A DNA stretch of 39,748 bases from Phoronis australis (lineage: Eukaryota > Animalia > Phoronida), in NCBI GenBank assembly GCA_002633005.1, contig NMRA01000063.1:320635-360382 (forward strand), given 5' to 3'. Below, one piece after another: positions 1-9,956 of this stretch. The position numbers and the translations under genes are program-made. Under the pieces are notes generated by a model, which saw only the letters and a program-made list of their open reading frames with translations, was not told the DNA's origin and searched no databases. Each line of letters begins with the position of its first letter. The first letter of the stretch is position 1.

Positions 1-422
1 GTATTTTGAATATTGCAATGCATGTGTTCCGAAATCTAAATAACTTGGGTCCTATATTTTTGTATTCGTGCGCGCCGATTGAAAGTAATCGTGAGTGTTG
101 CTGTGTTGCAAAATCTCTTATCCTGGGCCGATTTGAAAAATTCAAAGTTGTACTCATAGTTGTTTTCGCTCCTCTTTTCAAATATTACAGTAAAAACTAC
201 TTGTAACTCTCTCCATAAAAAGTACAGTCAGCTAGGTAGATTGTAATCAGCTGATCATATCCACATGAGCGAAGCCAATTATCCTCGCTCGTGACTCGAT
301 GAATAGAGCAGCTTGGCGGCATCCCTTTGATCGTGAGCCGAGCGCGACTCAGCCAAGGTGGATAAATACGGTCTAGTTCAATTTTCCATACCCCACCGTT
401 TACCTTGACGACCGGGCAAGGA

Positions 423-609
423 GTGTCTTCGTTTATATCACTGAACACTGTAGGCAAGTAGTGTCTTCGTCTATATCACTGAACACTGTAGGCAAGTAGT
501 GTCTTCGTTTATATCACTGAACACTGTAGGCAAGTAGTGTCTTCGTTTATATCACTGAACACTGTAGGCAAGTAGTGTCCTCGTTTATATCACTAAACAC
601 TCTTGGCAG
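423..609. repeat. 38-bp minisatellite, about 5 copies
   Basis: Unit gtgtcttcgtttatatcactgaacactgtaggcaagta starts at 423, 461, 499, 537 and 575. Confidence 0.95.
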
Positions 610-1159
610 ATGGGATGAATTGGCCTGGCCAATTGTCAACTACAACTGTGGTTTTTATTGGTCTGTGTGGTTCTTATTGGTTGGAATTTGTTTTGAGATG
701 ACTGAATGTATAGTTCGCAGTAATCAATCTATTGGCTATATATTCATTGATGTTGCTTTATAGAAGTAAGCGAAATGTCTGACATGTACATGCAAACATA
801 AATGAGGTCATTAAACATTTTTTTTATTTCTTTTTTACTTATGCTGTGCAACTTTCAGCATCTTTTGTGACAGTTGCGCAATTGGGGTGCTCAAAGTCCA
901 TAATCACTCAAGTGACTGTTAGACACAAATGCCAGAAACTTCAGATTTTGTCCCAGTTACCCTGGGCAGGTCCCACATTTGGCTAAATAAAATGTACTAT
1001 ATTTTACTAAAATATATCCATTTCCACATTCGTGCATTTCTGCTGGTGCTCTACCCACACTTTACTTGAAGACCTCATCACATGTCTACCTTGGTATTGC
1101 CATTTGCTCAACGAAATTTGAACTCTGCACTATTCATAACCCTGTAATACCATTTTCAG

Positions 1160-1354
1160 TTTGGCTTATTTGCCCGTGGACTTGAGTCTGTGGCAGGGGA
1201 CAGTGCAGATGAGAGTGAAGAGGAGGAGGTCACGGCTGGATTAGCGCTTGACCTCATGGGCGTATCACTACGCCCCGTTACATTCTTTGAAGGCCAGAGT
1301 GGCCTCATGTCCGCTGTCTGGAATGCACCCTCATCACCGACTTCAGTTTTACAG
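1160..1354 (+). CDS. MTTP: MTTP internal coding exon (first MTTP exon recognised in the window)
   Basis: Acceptor ttttcag and donor CAG|gtgtgt; 195 nt, phase 0/0. Translates FGLFARGLESVAGDSADESEEEEVTAGLALDLMGVSLRPVTFFEGQSGLMSAVWNAPSSPTSVLQ, matching the recalled MTP motif 'LRPVTFFxGxSxLMS'. Confidence 0.93.
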
Positions 1355-1411
1355 GTGTGTTGAAATGTATTCCCTGGACTTCAAAATATTTTTTTTTCAT
1401 TTTCTTGGAAT

Positions 1412-1545
1412 TGAGATAGTTTCATGCATGGTATATGTCAAATTGAGACAGTTTCATGCATAGTATATGTCAAGGAACTGAGACAGTTTCGTGCATAGTA
1501 CTGATATGTCAAGGAACTGAGACACATGCATAATATATGTCAAAG
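1412..1545. repeat. Degenerate ~35-bp tandem repeat, about 4 copies
   Basis: Recurring gagacagtttcatgcatagtatatgtcaaggaact. Confidence 0.85.
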
Positions 1546-2108
1546 AAAACTCAGCTAATATTGCTCCTGTTGTGACAGTTGAATTAGTTGATGTTAGTGA
1601 AGTGGATCACTTATTTCTTCACTTACTGTAGAACACGGTATGGCAAACAGGAAATTTCATTTTGTCAAATTTTCTCTAAAAAACTAAAGATTAATAGATT
1701 TCACTCTATAATGTTGTTTTGTTTGTGATGTCATAAAATGACATTTTGTCAAGCTTGCAGTATTTACATCAAGGTAATCACATTTTGAAAAGTAGAAATA
1801 TTACAATTTTGATAATTGCTTTTTTGAACATGAGGTGCTACATCTGAAATTCCAACTGTCGACTCCAAATGCATCTTACCAGTTGGTATTACAAGCCATT
1901 TACCACAATGCCTGGACTTTTATGTTTGGCTTCTTCTGGTTGTGACCAAATACTGGATGGAGTGACTTGTGAACATCACACCACTACAGGGCCATTATCT
2001 GAGTGATCTCTCAAAGAATTAATGCAATTAAATTTATTTGGGCAATGTGAAAGATTGCAGTACTTTTTCTTCATTTTTCACTTCTTAAATTTATTGTTTT
2101 TGCTTCAG

Positions 2109-2263
2109 GGTAACCTTCTATTACATGACCACACAGAACATCTGCATCTGCATAATGGCTTGGTGGTTGACCTCCAAGTTCAGGGGGTTGTTTCTTTTGA
2201 CCTCTCTGGTTCCATCACCATCAGCCTGTGGAATCGCAACTCTCACTCAGTTGTCACCAACAG
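2109..2263 (+). CDS. MTTP: MTTP internal coding exon
   Basis: Acceptor tgcttcag, donor AG|gtaatt (phase 2). GNLLLHDHTEHLHLHNGLVVDLQVQGVVSFDLSGSITISLWNRNSHSVVTN resembles vertebrate MTP 'GLILLIDHSQELQLQSGL...DISG..FSLW'. Confidence 0.93.
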
Positions 2264-2349
2264 GTAATTTTGATGAGAACCTTGTAAGTTTTGAGAATCT
2301 TGTGTGATATTCATTTCGTCAGATTTTTTTTCTGTTGTTTGAAAATAAA

Positions 2350-2695
2350 TTGAAGTCTTAGTAATCACACTGTTTAACCCTTCCCATCTCTTCAAGTCTT
2401 ACTAATTACCCAATATTAGATCATCAACCTGTCCCTCTCTTCAATTCTTAGTAATTACCCAATATTCGACCATAAACCCTGTACCTCTCTTCAAGTCTCA
2501 CTAATTACTCAATATTCGACCATAAACTCTGCCCCACTCTTCAAATCCTTGTCACTTAGCCAATATTTGACAATAAACCCTGTCCCTCTTTCCACATCTT
2601 ACTATAATCACTCAATATTCTACCATAACTCTTGTCCCTGTCTTCAAGTCTTAGTAATTACCCAGTATTCTCCCATTCGTCCCTCCCTTCAATTC
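2350..2695. repeat. Degenerate ~50-bp tandem repeat, about 6-7 copies
   Basis: Recurring ttcaagtcttagtaattacccaatattcgaccataaaccctgtccctctc. Confidence 0.85.
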
Positions 2696-2960
2696 ACTTA
2701 ACTGTGGGGCAAAATTTCACCAATTTTGGGCAAAGGTAATTTGCAAATTCCGCTTTTCTCATTTTTCAAGGTCTTCTTACATTGTTGTAAAACTTGAACG
2801 TAGCGAAGCTTTGATTTGATGCTATATATCTTCAATGAAAATTGACAAAAACAAAACAATTTCATTTGTCAGCGGTGTTGTGTCCTAAATTGTAATAAAG
2901 TATTTGAATGTCACATGGTCAGGAAATGTACACATCACTGTTTCTTCTGTTGCCTTTCAG

Positions 2961-3131
2961 TGGCGCTGTAGCCATCAGCAGCGTCTTGAAGATTAATTCG
3001 CCGCACTTCAATGCCGGAATTGTGTATGATATCGAAGCTACCAACCAAATAGATTTCACAACTGATGTCAACTTCTATGAGATGCCATTCAAAATGTGCT
3101 TGCAGATGGAGCAGTCACCATTCCATTACAG
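2961..3131 (+). CDS. MTTP: MTTP penultimate coding exon
   Basis: Acceptor gcctttcag, donor AG|gtgagt; phase compatible with both neighbours. GAVAISSVLKINSPHFNAGIVYDIEATNQIDFTTDVNFYEMPFKMCLQMEQSPFHY matches the MTP 'PFxxCxQM' motif. Confidence 0.93.
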
Positions 3132-3379
3132 GTGAGTATATAGTCTGTTGCCTTTCATGCGCTGCTTCTTGTTTAAAACGGCATTTCCTCATAATAGGAT
3201 TCTGTTTCTGCTACCAAAACACTCAAAAGTTTGTAGGTGTTGTCGAATCTTAATATTACAATTAAATTAAAAATGATATGTATGCATGGACTAAGATTTG
3301 AGTTGGTGAAGGAAATCCTATCATGGTAAGAAAAATTATGAGACTGTTTTTATGAGAGTAAAAGGCGTAACGACTTTCA

Positions 3380-4992
3380 TTTTTATGCGCCATATATTTA
3401 TATGTGGGTGCATATTGCCGTCCTCTCTGTTTGGGCGTCCAAGCGTCCGCGGCTGTATCTCCCCTTATAGGATCTTATTGAAATTTGGAAGGTGTGTTCC
3501 TATGGAGTTGATGACAGAGGGCGACGAGTTTTGGACCGACCGAACATCGCTGTGCCCCCTAGTGGCAATTTTAGTTTTTTACGTTTGCCTCTGTATCTTC
3601 AAAGGTCCTCAACTGATTTTCATGAAATTTGGCACATAGGCATCTATTAATGAGGTGACGCTACCCTCCCATTTTCGGATGGATTCGATGCATTTTGCAC
3701 CATCTAGTGGCCATTTTTACTACTTTTGACTACTGTGGCACTTCCTAGTGGCAGTTTTGTTAGTTTTTGCGCCCATTGCTGTATCTCCTAAACGCTCTAC
3801 AGAATCTTTATTAAATGCAGCAAATGTGGATATGAAGTTGACAACAGACAACGACGACTTTCGGACAGATCGAACTACAGGTGTGTCCCCCTAGTGACAA
3901 TTTTATTTTTTTTTAAGTTTACCTCTGTATCTTCAAATTCTCGATGGATTTGCATAAAATTAGGCACATAGGCATCTATTGATGAGGTGACACTATCTTC
4001 CCGTTTTCGGATGGATTCAAGGTATTTTGCGCCACCTAGTGGCCATTTTTACTGTTATTGAGTTTTTGGCGTATGTCTGTCCATCAACCAAACCAGTCTA
4101 AGGATGATTGTGAAAATTGGCATGTATGTTCTCACTATGAAGAGGACAGTTGACGATGTTTTTCCGATGACTTCGACTACTGCGGCACATCCTAGTGGCA
4201 GTTTTGTTTTTGTTCTTGTTTTGTGCCCAGGCATATCTGCAACTCCTAAGCCATCTGCAGGATCTTTTTTAAATTTAGCACATGTATTTTTATGAAGTTA
4301 ACAACAGAAGACAACGACTTTCAGATGGCTCCGAATAACACTGCCCCCACTGGCAATTTCATTTTTTCTGTTTTCCTCTGTTTCTCTCAAGTTCCTCGAC
4401 AAAATTTCACAAAATTTGATAAATAGCTTTCTTTTAAAGAAACGGGGTCATTTTCTGGTTTTCAGATGTATTCGACGTATTTTGCGCCATCTAGTGGCCA
4501 TTTTTATTGTTTTCTAGTCTGTTTTTGGCATACGCCCTCTGTCAATCAAACCACTCTTAGGATGCTTGTGAGTTAGTGTGAATAGGACTGTTGACGATGA
4601 TTTTCCGGCTTCAATTACTGCGGCGCCTCCTAGTAGCAGTTTTTGCACCTTTAGCTGTATCTCCTAAGCCCTCTGCAGAATGTTTATTAAATTTAGCAAG
4701 TGTATTTGTATGTCGTTGACAACGGAAGACGACAACTTTCAGATGGATCTGATGAACACTTTGTCTCTTAGTGGCAATTTCATTTTTTCGTTTGCTTAAG
4801 TTTCTTGACGGATTTTCATGAAATGTGGTAAATAGCTTTCTGTTAACTAACGGTGACATTTTCCATTTTTTGATGGATTCGAAGTATTTTGCACTATCTA
4901 GTGGCCATTTTTATGATACAAATAAACACCTTAGAAGCACACCGTTTGCAGTGCATTCGTGGGCGCATTTCATGGCTTCGCGTTGCTTTTGT
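3380..4992 (+). mobile_element. Non-autonomous Helentron/HINE (DINE-1 or pearl-like) element with internal tandem repeats
   Basis: Starts in a T-run with an imperfect hairpin (atgcgccatata...tatgtgggtgcat), followed by a degenerate ccgt/gtcc tract. It then has about 4 degenerate 330-450-bp units (ctagtggccattttt at about 3704, 4037, 4491, 4898), a 3' subterminal inverted copy gtgggcgcat (4959-4968) and a short tail ending in Ts. A second copy lies at about 35870-36790. Confidence 0.65.
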
Positions 4993-5269
4993 TTCTCCAG
5001 CTAGACATGGTTTAATGCTTTAATCCTTTCACACATTGTTATATTGATTGTCATTAAAACTGGATTATGTCCTCTTTAACTGTTCAAAGAAAAAACAAAA
5101 TTAAAACTAGGAGACTCTATTACCTTGGTCATTAAATATTCCTCACTACGGGACTTGTGAAATTGATATTCAATATAAAAGAACAGGTCCAATTTTTGTC
5201 TTCATTTTAAAACTTTTTCACTTGTCAGAGATCATTCATAGGTTTTCATTCATTAGTCGAAAACTCACA

Positions 5270-5342
5270 ACTTGACCAAGTCAACTTGACCGTGTCAACT
5301 TGACAGTGTCACCTTGACCGTGTCAATTTGACCATGTCAATT
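5270..5342. repeat. 14-bp tandem repeat (cttgaccgtgtcaa), about 5 copies
   Basis: Directly visible; each unit is quasi-palindromic (ttgac...gtcaa). Confidence 0.85.
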
Positions 5343-6131
5343 GAATATCAGGATTTTTTTTCTCAAATAAACCATGAAAATGATCCGTTTTGCCGAAAAA
5401 CTCGCTGTGTCTAAAACTTTCAACCACATGATGAAACTTTTGTAAGAACACGCTTGTGCAATGTAAAGTTAATCAGTTATATTTTGTTTATAAATTTATT
5501 TTAAACTTAACAATTGTAAATTGCTTTCAGCTTTCATAACAAATATTCAAGTTAGAATCTAATAAATAGTATTCGAAGTTGTACTATTAAAACTTAACAA
5601 ATGTTTATAAATAACAGTCAGCAAGGCTTCCCTGCGCGTGAGCACTGAATTGACCTTGAGACAGTACAGCTAGACAGTCTCATCGTGTTTCTTGACTTGG
5701 GGTTCGTCTCCGTTTGAATGAACGTGGGTATGGAAGTTGTGTGCATGTCCTTCCGACTGCATTGTTTCGTTGGCGCACGTTTGGTTGTTGGTATTAGTGT
5801 TTTGCAGCCAATAAAATGTAAGGCGTATGGATTTCTACCTAGCACTACTTTGTGAATCACCCATGTAATATCAAAAAAATACGTACTAGGTGTTATTAAC
5901 CAGTCGTGTGGTAACACTCCAGGTCATGTAAGAAAATGCAACTTTAACTCTAATATGTCCACTTTTGTGCGGACAGCGTGTTTATTTTTATTTTATTATT
6001 TCAGCAAAATCAATGAAATTCACTGAATCCAATGAAATGTTGCTAATTTTCAAAATTTCTGAATTGCATGAATAACACCATTAAAAAGTTGTTTTAATTG
6101 TTAAATCTTAACTATTTTATTTGCCTTTCAG

Positions 6132-6279
6132 TGAAGCTGTGTCAAAAATAGAAAGTGCAAAAGGTTTAAAGAAGAGGTATAGGTCTCAGCAAAAGAGAAA
6201 ACTAAAGTTTGAAGGAAAATCATTCAGACTTAATAATAGAAACGCACAGCAATGCAAATTGCTCATTTCAGAAGAGTAG
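6132..6279 (+). CDS. MTTP: MTTP terminal coding exon
   Basis: Acceptor ttgcctttcag, in phase with the previous exon. EAVSKIESAKGLKKRYRSQQKRKLKFEGKSFRLNNRNAQQCKLLISEE* resembles the MTP C-terminus (K/R-rich stretch, then G.xF.L...N...C). Stop TAG at 6277-6279. Confidence 0.9.
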
Positions 6280-6397
6280 CACTTGTTTTGGGCGTGTTTT
6301 GGAGGCAATTTAAACTAGTCCCTAGTCTATTTCAGAAGAGTAGCACTTTGTTTTGGGCGTGTTTTGTAGCAATTTAAACTAGTCCCTAGTCTATTTC
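6265..6397. repeat. ~65-bp tandem duplication spanning the MTTP stop codon
   Basis: atttcagaagagtagcacttgttttgggcgtgttttg...gcaatttaaactagtccctagtct occurs twice. Confidence 0.9.
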
Positions 6398-6953
6398 TTG
6401 CCATTTTTGTTGTGTTTTAAAACCCTCTTTGTGTTTCAACATTGTGTCAATAGATGGCAGTCTTGTTATTGAAGTGCTCAAAGTCCATTGTAGAGAAAGA
6501 CGCTTTACTTGAATCCTTGATGTCATCAGTTGTGGCAAAATGATTTTGGAACATCCATCTTTTGAAATCTTGGATTCAATTGTGATGTAAGATTGCATCT
6601 TTTAAATGTTGGCTCTTGTAATCCTTTATTGTTTTCCACTTAGTGAAAGTTTGGAATTGCCAGTCAAGATGTTCCAGTCTTATTTTCTTAACATTTCCTT
6701 GAAGGTAAACCTACAGTCCAAGCCAAAAGTATTCAGACAAAATGACCTGGAATTCCCCATTATGACGTATGAGCGGAAGCCAACTTCACTGTCAGTGAGG
6801 TCTCCCCTCATGACTGAGAATGAATAGAAATGAACAAGAATATTACTAAGGTGACTAAGCCATTGTGCAATTAGAATTTCACCCCCCATTATAGTTAGAT
6901 CGTATCATTTTTGCTTGTAACATAATTAGCCGTCATGATCAGGTAACAGTATT

Positions 6954-7250
6954 TTGTCTTATTACATTGTCTTATTACATTGTCTTATTACATTGTCTTA
7001 TTACATTGTCTTATTACATTGTCTTATTACATTGTCTTATTACATTGTCTTATTACATTGTCTTATTACATTGTCTTGTTCTGTAGTTAATTGCAATCCA
7101 CTTTTTTGTCTTATTACATTGTCTTGTTCTGTAGTTAATTGCAATCCACTTTTTTGTCTTATTACATTGTCTTGTTCTGTAGTTAATTGCAATCCACTTT
7201 TTTGTCTTATTACATTGTCTTATTCTGTAGTTAATTGCAATCCACTTTTT
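6954..7250. repeat. Compound minisatellite: 13-bp unit about 9 times, then 48-bp unit about 4 times
   Basis: (ttgtcttattaca)n followed by units ttgtcttattacattgtcttgttctgtagttaattgcaatccactttt. Confidence 0.95.
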
Positions 7251-7943
7251 AACCAGCCAGTTGTGTGACTTCTGTTTATGAAAATTTGTTGGTACAATCA
7301 AACCAGTATTTGTTTACAAGACCAAATGAATTATTCTCAAAAGACATAGGACTGAATTGATGGCAGTGAGGTCTGGAGTTGCTAGTCATATTTATTGTAC
7401 AGATTTGGATTGTAGCTTTATTATGTTTGATTTTGTTTCTGAACCTTAATGTTATGTAAGACAAGTGTGTATAATTAGCCAAATATCTACAATACCATGC
7501 TAGAACTTAACTGGGCAAAAGTATAGATTTTCTGAAAGTAGAAATTTGATGTTTGATTGTATACCAACCTCCCACTAATCAGGTCATGTGACCTTGCTTT
7601 TTATAAAACTTTAGCAAAAGCAAAAGCTACATTCATGTCAAAACAACAAGATCAATAACATAAACAACAAGATCAATAACATAAACAAATTTTCTATGAT
7701 ATTAATGTTCAAGATAAAAGCTCACAAATTTTGTTACAGATTTCTAAATTATCATTTCATGTTGGTTCTGTGCAACTTTAAATTCTTTCAGAAAATTTTT
7801 TATCAAGTCCTATTTTTGATAGCTCCTCATTCAAAAGTGGAACATTTGAAAAGCAATTCCAAACAGGGTTTGGAGAACACTGTGCCAGTCCAATCGGCCA
7901 TATCTGAGATAATACTGTTCTGAAGTTGGCTAAAATTTCTATG

Positions 7944-8070
7944 GTCCTACCTACATTTCTAGGATCCTACATACATTTCTAGGGTCCTACATACATTTCT
8001 AGGGTCCTACATACATTTTTAGGGTCCTACGTACATTTCTAGGGTCCTACATACATTTCTAGGGTCCTAG
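7944..8070. repeat. 20-bp minisatellite, about 6 copies
   Basis: (ctacatacatttctagggtc)n. Confidence 0.95.
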
Positions 8071-9956
8071 GTCCTCTTAACAAAGTTGATTAGGGTAAAA
8101 GCTCGCCATATTTAGAGGACAATTCATAAAAGTTAAATGGCACCAAATAGACACTTCTTTATTTATATGTTCTTTATATAGCCATCATCTGACATTGTTT
8201 TTGAGAAATTTGGGTATTCACAAACAATGAAAAATTAAAAGTGGAAATTTTGGCAATTACTTTTGTCTGAAATTGGTGAGGTCTTGTCATACCATAGAAC
8301 TAGCTATTACTCCTTTTAATTATTTATCTGATGTAGGTTTTTGATTTAACTACCTAAGCTGACATTTAATTCCACATCCACGTTTCATTTCAACCTGGTG
8401 CAGTTGTTTGTGTATAGGGTCGGTTAGAGTACTTGCACATTCCTTGTTATGCAACAGGTTTGTTGAAGTTAGATTGGTTTGAGTAGTATCCTGATATCTT
8501 CAGAGTTGTTTGTGCATGGTGTAGGCAACACAGCCTTGTGCAGCTAGTGTGACTCAATATAGGCAATTTTTGTTTTTAACTGCTTTTTGTGATTTTGGTT
8601 GTCCACTTCACCAATACAATAGTTTTCGCTAATTTGGACCACAATATTGTGAACAAGCAAAACATTTATGTTGTCAAATTTATCAAGAAAATCATAAAAC
8701 AATATTTGAGAAAGCCTTCACACCATTAGCTTTTGCAAAACCGAGAAATGACGGTTTTGGCAAAGAAATAGTGAATATAGTTATGGTTTTGAAATAAATT
8801 TAGGACATCTATTTAAAAAAAGCTGTGCAACATAGCATTTCTTGTCAGTTGCTTACAAAAGAAAATTGTGTTTTAAATTTTGCAACTAAACATTTTTAAA
8901 GCGTTAGATCCAGTGTTTCCGTCCAAAACCAAATTTTAAATTAGGTGGCGCTAGGAGTCGAAATAATTTTGAATCCAACTTGAAAAGAATAATACATTGA
9001 CACTCTAAGGGGTGAAGATTGCGATACTGGACCTCAGAATATGCCGGTTTAGATGAAAGACACAATGTTGTGGTTAATTAAATCAGCTTAGGCTGCTGAT
9101 GTCACGTTCTTTAGATGAGACCCATCACAAACACAATACTAAATGAGTAACCTTAAATTTTCGTTTTGAAAGTTAGTAAATAGCATATTGGAGTAGTTCG
9201 TAAAAAGTACATCCAATTAGATTTTGAATTTTGAAAATTAAAACAAGAAATGTGACTTTTAGAGCCTAAAAGTTTTGTTTAACGTTACAATAATATGTTC
9301 ATCATTAATTTTGCTGGGTGTGCAATATGATTGGACCATTTACCAAACCCATGCAGCAGTTGGATTTTGAGGTTAACAAAGTGTTGTACAATTTTTGGCA
9401 CGTAGCTAAAAGCATATACACCTGAACGCTTGACACTAGACCACAACAGCTTTAAGTTTGCTATTATGTTTTTGTGACTTTGTTGTTTGACTATAAATGG
9501 ATTCCCTAAATTTGCCCTGATGCTCCTTTTATATTGGCGAATCATTTTTGTATCGACCGCCGTACCTGTTGTTCATCTGCCGACATCGTTCACTTCAGTG
9601 ACATACGGTTTTTGCCAGCCATGGGCTTTTTTCGTAAATTCCCTTTCGTTAACGACACAGCATATTACTTACGTTAGGTCTTTCATTAATCGGTCAGCAA
9701 GCTCTTTACAAGTTTGTGATCATTGGTTTCATTGTTGTTATTTTGAAGCACCCGAAACGAGCCAAGCTATGCACGTCAAAATAATTAACTTAAACGAAAA
9801 CACCCACATGTTACCCAGTCTCGATATTGTAAGAGCTTTCTATAGGAATTTCTGGTATTATGACGCAGATCACTAAGCGCGCATGCTGTGAGCGGCCAGC
9901 ATGCGAGAAACTCACAAAACTCAAGACCAGGTAAGTTTTAGCGAGACATGGCCAAA

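Noticed and set aside
197-457. 86-aa minus-strand ORF
   Set aside because: Starts inside a minisatellite, has no recognisable domain, and lies in a probable MTTP intron; likely an unclassified repeat.
423-609. CRISPR-like 38-bp repeats (also 26546-26736)
   Set aside because: Head-to-tail units with no unique spacers, no cas genes, and a eukaryotic context.
6606-6889. Overlapping short ORFs downstream of MTTP
   Set aside because: No domain similarity or consistent splice structure; probably 3'UTR or intergenic.
6954-7301. Repetitive ORFs on both strands (also 30004-30286)
   Set aside because: Translation artefacts of tandem repeats.
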